A stretch of DNA of 64,000 nt from Octopus sinensis (Eukaryota). This document shows, in pieces, positions 27,281 through 39,479 of the stretch. Every line of letters begins with the position of its first letter. Position 1 is the first letter of the stretch. The notes under the pieces are model-generated. The model worked only from the letters and a program-made list of their open reading frames with translations, made no database searches and was not told the DNA's origin. Location of the stretch: the NCBI RefSeq assembly GCF_006345805.1, contig NC_042997.1:75826001-75890000 (forward strand), read 5' to 3'. The translations under genes were made by a program, and so were the position numbers.

Positions 27281-27780
27281 ATAAAAAATTAGAAAAAACC
27301 CCACCTTTTATCAATTCAAAATGAACAATTAAATTACACCATCTAGAAAATGACATATAATAGAAAAATTAAAATTAAAATAACAATAAAATGTCAAAGA
27401 TTAAGTAAATTGCAAAAAATAATAATAAAAACGTATACAATAGGTAGAAAAACGACACGTGTTTCGTGGCTATATTTAAGAAATGATTATAGTAGTAGAG
27501 AAATCACTTTGATATAAATATAGTCGCTCATCAGGTTAAAAATAAACTAGAACAATAAAATAATTAATTAATATATATATATATATATGAAAATCCTAAA
27601 TATACATAAGTGAAAAATAAAATAATACTTAAATAATTAAATACTTTAAAATTAAATAAAATACACAATCTTTGACATTTTATTTTAACTTAAATTTTTC
27701 TATTATATGTAATTTTCTAGATGGTGTAATTTAATTGTTTATTTTGAATTGATAAAAGGTGTTTTTTTTCTAATTTTATA
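27281..27780 (-). mobile_element. Fold-back non-autonomous element (probable PLE pLTR derivative) enclosing a hammerhead
   Basis: Inverted arms 27281-27402 and 27667-27780, flanked by (TA)n, with the hammerhead at 27451-27537 between them. Confidence 0.65.
27451..27537 (-). ncRNA. Hammerhead ribozyme motif with long stem II, sense to EDEM3 pre-mRNA
   Basis: Minus strand: aac CTGATGA gcgactatattta...taaatatagccac GAAA; palindromic stem III ACACGTGT; C17 (GUC); gtt. Confidence 0.8.
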
Positions 27781-27794
27781 TATATATATATATA

Positions 27795-28195
27795 GGCGCA
27801 GGAGTGGCTGTGTGGTAAGTAGCTTGCTAACCAACCACATGGTTCCGGGTTCAGTCCCACTGCGTGGCATCTTGGGCAAGTGTCTTCTGCTATAGCCCCG
27901 GGCCGACCAATGCCTTGTGAGTGGATTTGGTAGACGGAAACTGAAAGAAGCCTGTCGTATATATGCATATATATATGTATGTGTGTGTGTTTGTGTGTCT
28001 GTGTTTGTTCCCCTAGCATTGCTTGACAACCGATGCTGGTGTGTTTACGTCCCCGTCACTTAGCGGTTCGGCAAAAAGAGACCGATAGCATAAGTCCTGG
28101 GCTTACAAAAAGAATAAGTCCCGGGGTCGAGTTGCTCGACTAAAGGCGGTGCTCCAGCATGGCCGCAGTCAAATGACTGAAACAAGTAAAAGAGT
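27795..28195 (+). mobile_element. tRNA-derived SINE (family A), full length
   Basis: A-box-like tggctgtgtggt, B-box-like gggttcagtccc, internal microsatellite, aagtaaaagagta tail. Confidence 0.92.
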
Positions 28196-28216
28196 ATATA
28201 TATATATGTCTATATG

Positions 28217-29425
28217 AGATCTTTTCCTTTTGATGGACGGAATTTTCTAGTTAACTAAACAATTTGAAACTTCATATACTGGTAGAATGTATCAAAAGAA
28301 AACATTATTGTAAACAAAATTGTAATTTGTAAGTTTAACGTACTTTAATTCTTCGAATTTTAACCAATGAAATGCCAGCATTTGAGCTGAAATCATTTGC
28401 TGCGTCTAAAAACTCAGACAATATCCTGTTGCAACGTAAACAGCACACACACACACACACACACACGTGTTATTCATCCTTCTCTCTTCTGTCTATTGAT
28501 AAACAAAGGCGGAAGGAGGAGACATGTGCTAGAAATAACAGCTATATCTCTTAAATCGATGAATTTCGTCGCCCAATAAAAATATTAACGATATTTTTTA
28601 AATATTTTCTTTATTTTTTTTTACCGAAAAGGCTTCTCCCATGGTTTTGAAGGGCCAGAAACAACAAAAACAAAACAATAATATGCCTAAATCGGTCTAG
28701 AGAGTGCACGTGGAGTGTGGGTCGTATTGTAAAAATTTGCGAAATATTTTTTCATAAAAGGATGCCCCAGCTTGTCAGAGGCTGTGATATAAATTGGGAA
28801 AAAAATCCTCGACACCAGTGCGTAATTGGTACTTAATTTATCGACCCCGAAACGATGAAACATTGATCCCCCCCTCTGGTTTATTTACCTTTTGTGTAAA
28901 TTTGTTGCGGCAAGGGGCAAAACACAGAGGGGACAAAGCATGAGATACAAAAGTATTAAGTCGATTCTATCGACACCAGTGCGAACTCACGAATGTGTAT
29001 GTATGCTTGTGTGCATATGTGTGTGTATGTATATCTCTGTTTGTATGTGTGTGTACGCTTATATATTAATTACTATGTGCTTGTGCAAATGTATATGCAT
29101 GTGTTTGAGAGAGAGAGAGAGAGTGATAGAGAGAGTGCGTGTGTGTGTGTGTGTGTGTGCAAGAGTACGTGTGTATGTATCTGAATATATGTGTGTCTGC
29201 TATGTTTGTTTATCAATATCGATAACGCAGCAAATGATTTCAGCTCAAATGCTGGCATTTCATTGGTTAAAATTCGAAGAATTAAACTACGTTAAACTTA
29301 CAAATTACAATTTTGTTTTCAATTTTGTTTACAATAATGTTTTCTTTTGACACATTCTACCAGTATACGAAGTTTCAAATTGTTTAGTTAACTAGAAAAT
29401 TCCGTCCATCAAAAGGAAAAGATCC
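28217..29425. mobile_element. Non-autonomous DNA transposon with ~190-bp TIRs and 8-bp TSD (Merlin- or Mutator-type)
   Basis: TIR (a/g)gatcttttccttttgatggacggaattttctagttaac... at both ends; TSD tctatatg at 28209-28216 and 29426-29433; no coding capacity; internal SINE fragments and microsatellites. Confidence 0.8.
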
Positions 29426-29734
29426 TCTATATGCTTACGTAAATATGAATGAATATGCATATGTACATCTGTGTGAATGTTTATATTGTATATTGTGCAT
29501 GAAAGCATTAAACTAAAAAAAATTGTTTGTTGACATTCCTTGTCAAAAAAAAAACCCCTCTATTTTCTGAATTCTTTTCTTTGAAAAACAGTAAGGGTTA
29601 GCAACAAGAAGGGCATTTGGCTGTAAAACAAATGACTAAATGATATGTATTTATTCAATCCATGTTAGCATGTATAACTAGCCACAGAACAAATGAATAA
29701 ATGACATATAAGTATATATGAATAAAATACAAAC

Positions 29735-29914
29735 CTGAAGATCTTGAGTCAAGAGCCAACAGTACTTCCAGACTATAATTTTCACTCAGTGCTTTCAATA
29801 ATTTTTGTCCTTCTTTGTGGAATAGAAATACAAAAGGGATACTGACATCTCGTTGACCATCACCAGACATTGCAAATAGTGGAGAAGATTCACTACTTGT
29901 ACCTTCATTATGGT
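29735..29914 (-). CDS. EDEM3: EDEM3-like coding exon, end of PA domain
   Basis: Acceptor ggttccag, donor gtttgt, 180 bp, phase 1/1. Translates (D)HNEGTSSESSPLFAMSGDGQRDVSIPFVFLFHKEGQKLLKALSENYSLEVLLALDSRSS, closely resembling EDEM3 DNEGSSSDTAPLFQMAGDG...IPMLFLFSKEG as I recall it. Confidence 0.93.
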
Positions 29915-30984
29915 CTGGAACCAAATTTGATAATTTGAAAAAAATTTTAATATTCCATGTAAAAAGAATTAGAGTAAATTTTATAATGATGTTAATAAAC
30001 ACTTTAGCAGTAATTTATAGAAACTTTTCAAAATTAGGTTTTTCATGCAAAAAAGAGGGAGGAATACAGAGAGTCAAAACAAATCCAAATTTCCATATTT
30101 TACACATTATCATTTATATAATAAAATAAAATTTAGAGAAGGAATAATAACTGAGCATTAACTTATTTTATCCTATGCTACCATGCTAAATTTTCAATAT
30201 TTCTTCTTTTGAAAAAAGTAGTTTAACTTTTAGTCATTGCAATTACCTAAGCAATACTAAATTCATTTAATCTATGGCTACATAAATTTTACCATATCTG
30301 ATATAACATGGATTTTTATAAGGTTGTCAGTAGAGAAGGGACAGTGCTCATAACATTTATGAATCATTCAAGATTTTTGATATCAATGCAGCTAACACCC
30401 TGCCAGTTCAACTCCAAGTCATTGAATTCAAGAAATTTGTGAGAGGGAGAAACTGAAAAGTTTGTTCAAATGTTTATAAGGCATCCGATAGATGCCTTAT
30501 AAACATTAGACCATTCCAAATGAAAATAATTTTTTTCTTTAGCCCAGAGTCATCCTCACAGAACAAACTTTAGATCAAAGGTATTTAATTCATGCCTCTC
30601 ACCCACTTCTTTTTTTGAGCATTGTATAACTTTTCAAGATGATAGGATTGCAATTTGAAAGAGATTTGACTGCTATTTCTTGCAGGTCAAGTGAAGCTGC
30701 TGAGGCTCCCTTGCTAGCTTCTTCAAAAATATTGTTACCATTGGGTCAGACTGTAGTTCAGTGAAATAAATCATCATCATCTTCTTCTTCTTCCTCGCTA
30801 CTGCCATCCATCCTCATCATTATCATTTTATAATCACTCCTTCATCCTGCAGTATCCATTTCTTTTATTCTTTGTTTTTTTTTTTTGCTGGATTTCTATT
30901 TAATTTTGCTTATCTCTTATCTTTTGGTTTTTACTCTTTTTCACATTTCTTAGAATTTTAATAATTTTACAATTTTTTCACTAC

Positions 30985-32730
30985 CTTGAATCATTATTAT
31001 CATAATCATCACTGTCAGTCATCTGTTTTTCATTTTGGACAGATTGACAGGAACTGGCAAAGCTGGGAGCTGTACCAGGTTCCATTTGTCTGTTTTGCAT
31101 TGATTTCTACAGCTGGATGCCCTCCCTAACACCAACCACTTTACAAAGTGTACTGAGTGCTTTTTAAGTGGCACCAAACACCGACACCAATACCCTGCAA
31201 GATAAAAGAAAAAAAGGACAAAGATACCTCAACTGGGAGTGGGGAGAAGTACTGGTGGAAAGCTTTGTGCCAGTTAAGAGATTAAAGGTATAGAAGGATA
31301 GAGATACAGGGATTACCAAGTTCAAAGAGAAAGGAAAATGAGTTTGAGAGTAAGATAAGATAAAGAGAAAAATACTGAGAGAGATATGGCAAAGACATAC
31401 CCACAAGGGACTTTGGGGGTGGAAAGAATAAGTGAAGTGATACAGGGGTTTTGGACTAGCTGAGTGGCCAGGACAGGCTTGGGAGTGGGGGTTGCAGTAG
31501 ATATATGAGGGCATTGTGGGTGTTAATGATGGAGAACAGTAAGGGGTGGTGGGGAGATAAGGCATGGAAAGGAAATGATTGGTGGAGACTGTAGGTGGGG
31601 AAGATAATGGGAAATGGAAGTGGTTAGGAGTGGGGAAGACAGGTAACTGCAAAAGTTGGAGGGGATGGAATATGTGCTTATTCTGCTCTTAGGTGGTAGA
31701 GAAGTGATGGGTGTTAGAATATGAAATGTGGGTGGAAAGGTTGGCAGGGCAGAGCACCTAATGGACAAGTATTACCAAGATGGTTTTAGGATATCAATTC
31801 TGCTCTGGTGGGCAGGTCTTCTTGATTACAGCAAGGCATGAGATATCTTGATGCCTTGTCATCTTTGTAAAGCTCAGCGTTTTGAAATTGCCCTACTTAT
31901 CTCATTTCTTCCTGGGTCACCATCTCCCACAAGTTTCATCCACTTTAAGTGATTGACACTTTATGCAACTGTTCTCATCCTGTACACTATATTTAATTCC
32001 TCTTATGCTTCACTTTTCTCTCAATACACTAGCACTCTGTTGCACATATACACAGACATAGCACACTCAGCAGAGCATACTAGCTTCATTCCTCCTTTAG
32101 TCTTCACATATCCTCTACATTCAAGGCCCATATCTCACTATCATGTAGCATTGCTGTTCATATACATACATCACAAAACTTTCCTTTCACTCAATGAACA
32201 GATGTAAAAGCTGTTTGAACTTTATCCATCCTATTCTTATTTTAGCAAATACATTTTTTGGTGTGGCCTCTTCCACTGCTAATCAGATCACCTAGGCAGC
32301 ACAAATTATTCACTACCTCTGGGACATTTGAGAAAATCATTTTCCTGTGTACACTTTACGGCTCCTGTGCATTCTTCTGCATACAAAAACTATTTTCTCT
32401 ATTAACCTTCCTATTATTCCATTGCACCTCTTGTGTGTTTATAGTATGCATTGGGGTAACACTGAACGGAATTTCTGCCAACACCATTTCTACATATTAA
32501 GCAAGGCCATTTACCTGAAGGGGTTAGGGTCCTGTCCGTTTTCTTGCTTACTAACATCTTAGTTTTTGCAAACTAAACTTTAAGGCCCTTCGATTCTAGG
32601 TTTAGGCTTCATACCTGGAACATTAGTTTCTAGTGGTTCCCATGGGCAGCCAGTCTTTAAATTCCTGCAGTATGATGATGAATAAAAGGAGGCTGAGGAC
32701 TGAGCCTTGGTGAACACCAACCTATGCACT
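30985..32730 (-). mobile_element. Decayed 5'-truncated RTE LINE (older subfamily)
   Basis: Tail 30985-31170, purine-rich UTR complement 31170-31790, RT and PHD remnants 31800-32730. Confidence 0.7.
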
Positions 32731-32984
32731 GAACTGATTTTACAAGCCATTCGTCTATCCCTAGCTCAGAGACCACCATATTACAAAATGAAGCACCCTG
32801 TTTTGAACCTGAGGAAGACAGACTTACTGTCAAAATGTTGTTCAGTTCAATAAACAGAGTTAATCTCTGTTTATTACAATAATATTAATAATAATAATTA
32901 TAACATACACAGAAGTTTTATTGACAGTATGGTCAATCTTGGCAGCATCAGCCAATTTAATATTATGATTAGTAATGAAGGCAA

Positions 32985-33009
32985 TAACTCTAATAATAGC
33001 AATAATAGC

Positions 33010-33062
<53 letters not shown>

Positions 33063-33070
33063 TAATAATA
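32985..33070. repeat. (AAT)n microsatellite
   Basis: Run of aat with a few agc/gat interruptions. Confidence 0.95.
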
Positions 33071-33099
33071 CACTGGGCTTGCCATTCAAAAAAAAATCT

Positions 33100-34078
33100 A
33101 ATCTAATAACATTGGTGGAATGGGATAAAGGAATCTGTGAAAGACTTGAAGGAAGCGGCCTTTTAATGAAAATAATTACAAAAATGAAATTTTACTGCCA
33201 TACAAAGCAGAGTTTCTCCCATGCATGATGTCTCAGTGAAATGTGCGAAAGACGCATGCAAAATCAACATTGGAAAGTTTACAAATTATAAAACATAAGT
33301 GGAACAAAACAGAAAGTACATAAATTGATTAATTACGCATACACTTGAATGTCTACACAATCATATACAGAGGAAATACTTATAGACCAATCCAAGTCTG
33401 ATGAAAATGCAGCAATGATAGAGTCAATATAACTGATAAGCAAAGCGAAATACTCTCTGAACAAACCCCAAACACCAAGGCAGATGAAAATCAAATAGAA
33501 ACTGACCCAACTGAAGTAGATGATCTAAAAAATCAAATCATGATTGAATGGCTGAAAATTGAAGAAACCACTATGAATGAATGTGGCACTCCCAAAAATT
33601 CATAACTCTAACCAAAACCTGAAAGTAATTGGTAAAATCTGCCTTGCACTTAAGGATATAATTTCAGCTAATGATGTTGATAGTACAGATCTCAACCACC
33701 TGTACTATGCATCCGTGAAGATCTCAATGATTCTATGTGGTGGAGAGATTAGAAAACGACAACATTCCCACAAAAAGCTTACTTAGCAAGAGTGTATTCA
33801 ACACCAAATTCAGCTACTTAGGTTTGACATGGAATGTTTAAAAAAAAACTTAAGTTTGGCAAGACTATCAAACCAAAAAAATCTGAAAATTAAAGAAAAA
33901 ATATAATATGAAAACCATACTTGACATCGATACCACCATAGAAACTATCAAGCAAAAGGTATGTGCTAAAGCTGCCTAGATTCTTCAAGTACAACATGTT
34001 AAAAAATAACCCCAAAACTTTTTACAGGAAGATAGGGAAAATACCTGTGACAATAAAGTCTGTTCCATCAAAAGAAGA
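33100..34078 (+). mobile_element. 5' ORF fragment of an R4/Dong-like RLE retrotransposon
   Basis: Broken frames give CERRMQNQ, ...LNHLYYAS..., IETIKQKVCAKAA, KNNPKTFYRKIGKIPVTIKSVPSKED, resembling the pre-RT region of R4/Dong elements as I recall it. It lies directly after an (AAT)n run; Dong elements are known to target TAA repeats. Confidence 0.55.
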
Positions 34079-34079
34079 T

Positions 34080-36045
34080 GGTTGACCCTATCGAAAGCTT
34101 TAAATTGATCTAAACTGATCAGAGTCCCACCCATGCCAGGTTCTTTAGCTACTTTTTCTATGATGTATCACATAAAGTGGAGGTTGTTGTAGATGGATAC
34201 TTTTGCCTGTGCCTCCTTAACCAGATCACCAATGAGAAGTGCCAACCTCGTAGCTAACACCTTGGCCAAAATTTCAAACTCTGTATTTAGCAAGAGTTAT
34301 GGTCCTAAAGTTATTAATACAGTCCCCCTTGTCTGGGTCTTTTCTCAGCAATGCCACTGCTCCTTGGCTCACAAAACTGGGAATTCTCCCATTCTGTTGC
34401 CAGTTGCAGCAAACAAACAAGTTGAATATACCCATCAATCAGCTAGTCATTGCATCCTATATTTCAGGAGTTTCCATTGCTGAGAGACACATCAGTCTGT
34501 TTAAGTAAGAAGACAAGACCATCCTGTGATCTGGCTCACCACTTCTCCTGAACAGTTGAGCAAAGTGCTGTTGAACAGCCACTCACATCTGTTTGGGCTT
34601 GATTAACATGTGCCTGTTGTGGTCTGGTAAAAATCAGATTGTGGATTTTTTGCCATGCTGTGCCCCTGCCACTTGGACCCATTGAACGGCTTCTGTCTCT
34701 TCATGCCTAAGAGCATGCACCTTAGCTCTGACAACATAGTCTTCATGTTTCATGTTGAAGAATTGGTTGAATGCCAATCTCGCTGCAAGCATGTTAGTCA
34801 CAATAATTTTTCTAAAAGCCTCATCAAACTTTCTGACTAGCTTAACTCTACTTTGTTTCTTTTTAATGCTAATCCTTTGGTAAAACTTATTGCTTCTATT
34901 CTAATCACCCTTTTCAGGGTGAACCATCATTAATTGTTGACGACAGTTTAACTAATTCACTAATCTGGTCTCTGAAAGCTTTGCATGCTGGCAAGGACAT
35001 GTTCAGCTTTCAGTAAATGGATTCCTGTCTATGGAGCCTATCTAAGTTGACTGTATAGATCACAAATCTGTGGTCTGTATAGTCGACTACTTTAAATTGT
35101 AGACAACCAATGTTATCCTTATCTGCTTCTTTACGACCTGGATGATTTGATGAGGTTTGACTGGCACATAAGGGAAATCCAGTTGATACTTTTCAGACAG
35201 TTGGAATAATCTGAGCAGGTTTGTGAGGCTTTTGCACTCTCCTCCCCGGTCTGCTAAGCCCACACAGACCCACTGTGCATCTAATATCTGTTTGTGTTAT
35301 GTTGGTATGTGTTTTTATGTCATTTGTAAAATCTTCATTTGTGCTTGTTGCCATGTAGTTTTTAATGATATTGTCTTTACTTAGTATTTGCTGCAGCTGT
35401 TGTTGTTGTTGCTGTGTATGTGGGATGGGTTGTGTTTGTGGTGTTGTTGGTTGAGGTAGTGTTTTGGCAGTGGTGGTGATGCATTGCTTTATGACTTGCA
35501 TTTTCATCCTTTCCACTTTTTGTGTGGATGAAGATTGTTCTTTATCTGTTGCTTTGTTTTCCTTCCTGTCTTTCACTCTGCATCCTGATCAGACTTGCTG
35601 TATGACATGTCAGAGCTCTTGGTATCAGGAAGTGAAACATCTACTGGTGTTGAGAAGTGTCTGGAGGTATCTGTTGTTGGTATGGTGGGAATTGGTGCTG
35701 CTGTGGCTGATGTTGTTGGTGATGGTGCTGTTGTTGTTTTGCAGGTTTGGTGGCAGTTATTGGTGAACTCCTTGGTGTTCTTTTTCTCATTCAATTTGGG
35801 GCAGAATGCTTTTAGGTGAGTAATTGAAAGGCAAATGTGACACTTGGCTTTCCTTCCTTCCACTCTGATTGGTATGATAGTGCCTCCTGGCAGACATAAA
35901 GTATTTTGGATAGTGTCAGTTGGGGAATTTAGTTTGACAGTCAGTTCATTTCATTTGACTAACAGTGTGGTGTTTTTAATTTCCTCTTCAGAGGAGTTGG
36001 TGGCCCTAGCAAAAGAGAGATTAATGTTTTATAAAGCTAGTTAGT
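34080..36045 (-). mobile_element. Internally deleted Tx1/L1-clade LINE (ORF1 knuckle plus ORF2 N-half)
   Basis: ORF1 CCHC knuckle CHICLSITHLKAFC; ORF2 remnants DHRFV...KLNMSL, NNFRTITLLNTEFEILAKVLATRL, LDQFKAFDRVNH. Most of the APE domain is missing. Confidence 0.8.
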
Positions 36046-36047
36046 AG

Positions 36048-36210
36048 TGGAGGTGGATGCTCAGAGAGTGTCACCACTAGAATACGAATAGCCTGGGCAA
36101 AGTTCAGAAAGCTCCTACCCCTACTGGCGACTAAGGGTCTCTCGCTCAAAGTGAAAGGTAGATTGTATGACGCATGTGTGAGAACTGCCATGCTTCACGG
36201 TAGTGAAACA
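36048..36210 (+). mobile_element. Short internal RTE family 1 fragment
   Basis: Near-identical to ~45088-45260 (agttagtagtggaggtggatgctcagagagtgtcaccactagaat...gtgaaacat). Confidence 0.8.
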
Positions 36211-36764
36211 TAGCACATGGTGCTCACACACCCTCTCATTGTGATCTGATGATACTCCTTACTTTCTCCTCCTCCCTCACATACACTTATTATTGGGGAG
36301 AAAATAATAAGAAATTTTGAATAGAAATTAAATTAAATCAATATGTACCCCAAAAATGGGAGACAACACAAGAAAAGAAACCCACCAGTCAACAGCAATT
36401 AAATTGTTGTTCATGATGGTTTGAATTCCAAATGTGTATACAAAAGTATTTTGTATTATTATTATTATTATTATTATTCGCCGCCGCCGCTCCAAGAGTG
36501 TAATGGGTGCTTTTTATGTGCCACCAGCATGGGTGCCATCATTTACATGACTGGCAACGGCCATGACTTGGCTTGACGAGTCTTCTCAAACACAGCATAT
36601 TGTCAAAGGTCTTGGTCACTAGTTGTTGCTTCCATGAGGCCCAACATTTGAAGATCATGCTACTGGCAACGGCCATGATTACAATTTCATGGGTGCTGGA
36701 GTGAGGTCAAGTGAGGCTTGCCAAGCTTATGGCAATACTACTACTACTACTACTACTAATAATA

Positions 36765-36985
36765 ATAATAATACTTTCTATAATAGGCACAAGGCCTGAA
36801 ATTTTGGGGAGGAGGAGGCTGGTCAATTACATCAACCAGTACATGACTGGTACTCATTTTATCAACCTTGTAAGAATGAAAGGCAAAGTTGAGCTTCATG
36901 GAATTTGAACTTGAAATGTAAAGATGGATAAAATGCTGCCAAGCATTTTTGCCAGGCGTATTAATGATTCTGCTGGCTCACTACC
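36765..36985 (-). mobile_element. tRNA-derived SINE (family B), diverged, with (AAT)n tail
   Basis: Reverse-complement similarity to 46760-46955 (gaaaggcaaagttga, aagcattt, gattctgc). Confidence 0.6.
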
Positions 36986-37089
36986 TTTTTTATTTCTCTT
37001 TTATCTTTTACTTGTTCCAGTCATTTGACTGCGACCATGCTGGAGCACCACCTTTAGTTGAGCAAATCAACCCCAGGACTTATTCTTTG

Positions 37090-38670
37090 TTGTTCATCAT
37101 AGTCCTCTAGGCAATAACAGAGGTGTTTAAGATAGGCTGCCCCTAGGAAATCCTCTATGCTGATTCCCTTGTTCTTATAGCTGAATCTTCTCTAGTTCCC
37201 AGAACTAGAGAAGAAGTTCCAGGTATGGAAGCAAGGTCTAGAATTGAAGGGCCTTAGAATCAACCTAGGAAAATGCAAAGTCTTAGTAAGTAGGATGGCA
37301 GACAAATCACAAGTCCCTTCAGGTAGATGGCTCTGCTCGATCTATAGAAAAGTGTAGGTAGTAACTCTGTAAGATGTACCCAGTGTAAGCTTTGGACACA
37401 TAGAAGGTGTAGCAATGTCAGTGGAAGGTTAACAAGGAAAATAGCTTTTGTGTGGTAGATGCACAGGTACAACATCGAAAATGTACAGAAAATAGATTCC
37501 ATCAGTTGGCATGAGGGGGGGGGTTTAGCTAGAGGTAGTAGATAGCTTCAGTTACCTAGGTGATCAAGTTAGTAGTGGAGGTTGATGCTCCAAGAGCATA
37601 GCTGTCAGAATAAGGTTAGGCTGGGCAAAGTTTAGAGAGCTCCTACCTCTGCTAGCAACAAAGGGCCTCTCTCACAGTGAAAAGCAGATTGTATGATGTT
37701 TGTGTACGAACATCTATGCTACATGGCAGTGAAACATAAGTGGTGACAGCTGAGGACATATGTAGGCTTGAACAAAATGAAGCCAGTATGCTTTGCTGGA
37801 TGTGCAATGTCAGTGTGCATGTTCAACAGAGTGTAAGCATCTTGAGAGAAAAGTTAGGCATAAGAGGCATCAGACGTAGTGTGCAAGAGAGACGAATGTG
37901 CTTGAATGGTCATGTGATGTATATGGATGAAGAGAGCTGTGTAAAGAAGTGCTGATCCTTAACTGTGGAGGGAACCTGTGGTAGAGGTAAACCAGGAAGA
38001 CATGGGATGAGGTGGTGAAGCATGATCTCTGAACTTGGGGCTTCACAGAGGTTATGACTAGTGACTGAGACTGGTGATATGCTGTGCTTGAGAAGACCCA
38101 CCAAGCCAAGTAAAATCACAGTCGTGGCTGATGCTGGTGTCCCGTAACTGGCACCTGTGAAGGTGACACATAAAAGGCACCTTTTGAGCATTGAGCTTCA
38201 TGGAGGCAAAGTGGTTGAGCTCCTTTCAAACGTTGGGCCTCACAGAGGCAATGACCAAGACCTTTGGCATTATGTTGTGTTTGAGAAGACCGGTGTCATG
38301 CTGGTGGCATGTAAAAGCACCTTTCAAGTGTTGGGATTCATGGAAGCAAGGACTGAGACCATTTGGCATTATGCTAGGCTTCAAACATTGGGCAATGACC
38401 AAGTTCATTTGGCATTATGCTGTGCTTGAGAAGCAGACCCATCAAGTCAAGTAAAACTGCAGTCATGGCAGATACCAGTGTCATGCAAATGGCACCCATG
38501 CCCGTGGCACATAAATGCACCCATCACACTCTCAGAATGGATGGCATTAGGAAGGGTATCCAGTCATAGAAACCATGCCAAAATAGACTGGAGACTGATA
38601 CAGCCTTCCAGCCCTGGTCAAACTATGCCAGCATGGACAACAGACGTTAAATAATGATGATGATGTAACT
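37090..38670 (+). mobile_element. 5'-truncated RTE LINE (family 1) with duplicated 3' UTR segments
   Basis: RT (LYAD), PHD remnant, MLCWMCNVSVHVQQSVS, repeated ...tgctgtgcttgagaag...ccatcaagtcaagtaaaa segments, and a gatgatgat tail. Confidence 0.82.
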
Positions 38671-38949
38671 TTCATGACCTAGTCCAGCAGTTTGATATTT
38701 CTGTAATTCTATCAAAGGCATCTCTAGTACCTTTGTAACAGTTAACTATAATGCTGATATATATGTTAGACACACACACACAGATGTATGAAGCAGCTAG
38801 ATAAAATATTAGAAATACCACATTATATTTATTTACCTACTTTTTTCAATTGATAATATGACAAATTCAAAACTGTTCTAGTTTTGAATTCATATGCATT
38901 ATACTTCATTATTTTCTATCGTAATAGACATCTGTATTTAAAGTGAGTC

Positions 38950-39330
38950 CACAGCTGTAACCTACACCAGTGTCGCATAACCAGCCCACTCAAAAGTACC
39001 TTGGATTGTAGGGCGACATGCTGTGTCTGAGGAGACATACTGAGTCAAGTACATCAACATCAGCAATATCAAAATCAAATCAAATGGAAATTGTAGTTGT
39101 GAGCTCTGTGCTGGTAGCATGTAAAAAGCACCATCCGAATGTGGCTGATGCCAGTGCCGCTTTTAGTGGCTTCTGTGCACCATGCGATCATGGTCAATGC
39201 CAGCTCCTCTGGCCCCTGTGCCGGTGGCACGTAAAAGGCACCCACTACACTCTTGGAGTGGTTGGCATTAGGAAGAGCATCCAGCTGTAGAAACACTGCC
39301 AATCAAACCGTCCAACCCATGCCAGCATGA
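38950..39330 (+). mobile_element. RTE family 1 3' UTR fragment
   Basis: Matches 45630-45965 (gtaccttggattgtagggcgac...aaccgtccaacccatgccagcat). Confidence 0.75.
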
Positions 39331-39479
39331 TTTAAGTAACTAATCTGATTTGCAAAGACAACAAATTGTTGGAGTGCAGATGGCTAGAGTTTCAGTTACT
39401 ACAACTACTGAATTAATGTCTTGAGAGATACAGTTTCTAAAATCATGTTGGCATTCCAAAACTAAAGCAAAACCAAAGT

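Noticed and set aside
29915-30002. N-terminal part MFINIIIKF... of ORF 29655..30002 as a signal peptide or separate gene
   Set aside because: It is AT-rich intron upstream of a clear AG acceptor at 29915-29916; homology to EDEM3 starts exactly at the acceptor.
33205-33265. Hammerhead-like ATGATG...CGAAAGACGCAT
   Set aside because: The core deviates at C3 and A9, there is no valid stem III or UH, and the stretch reads as coding sequence (CERRMQNQ) of the R4/Dong-like fragment.
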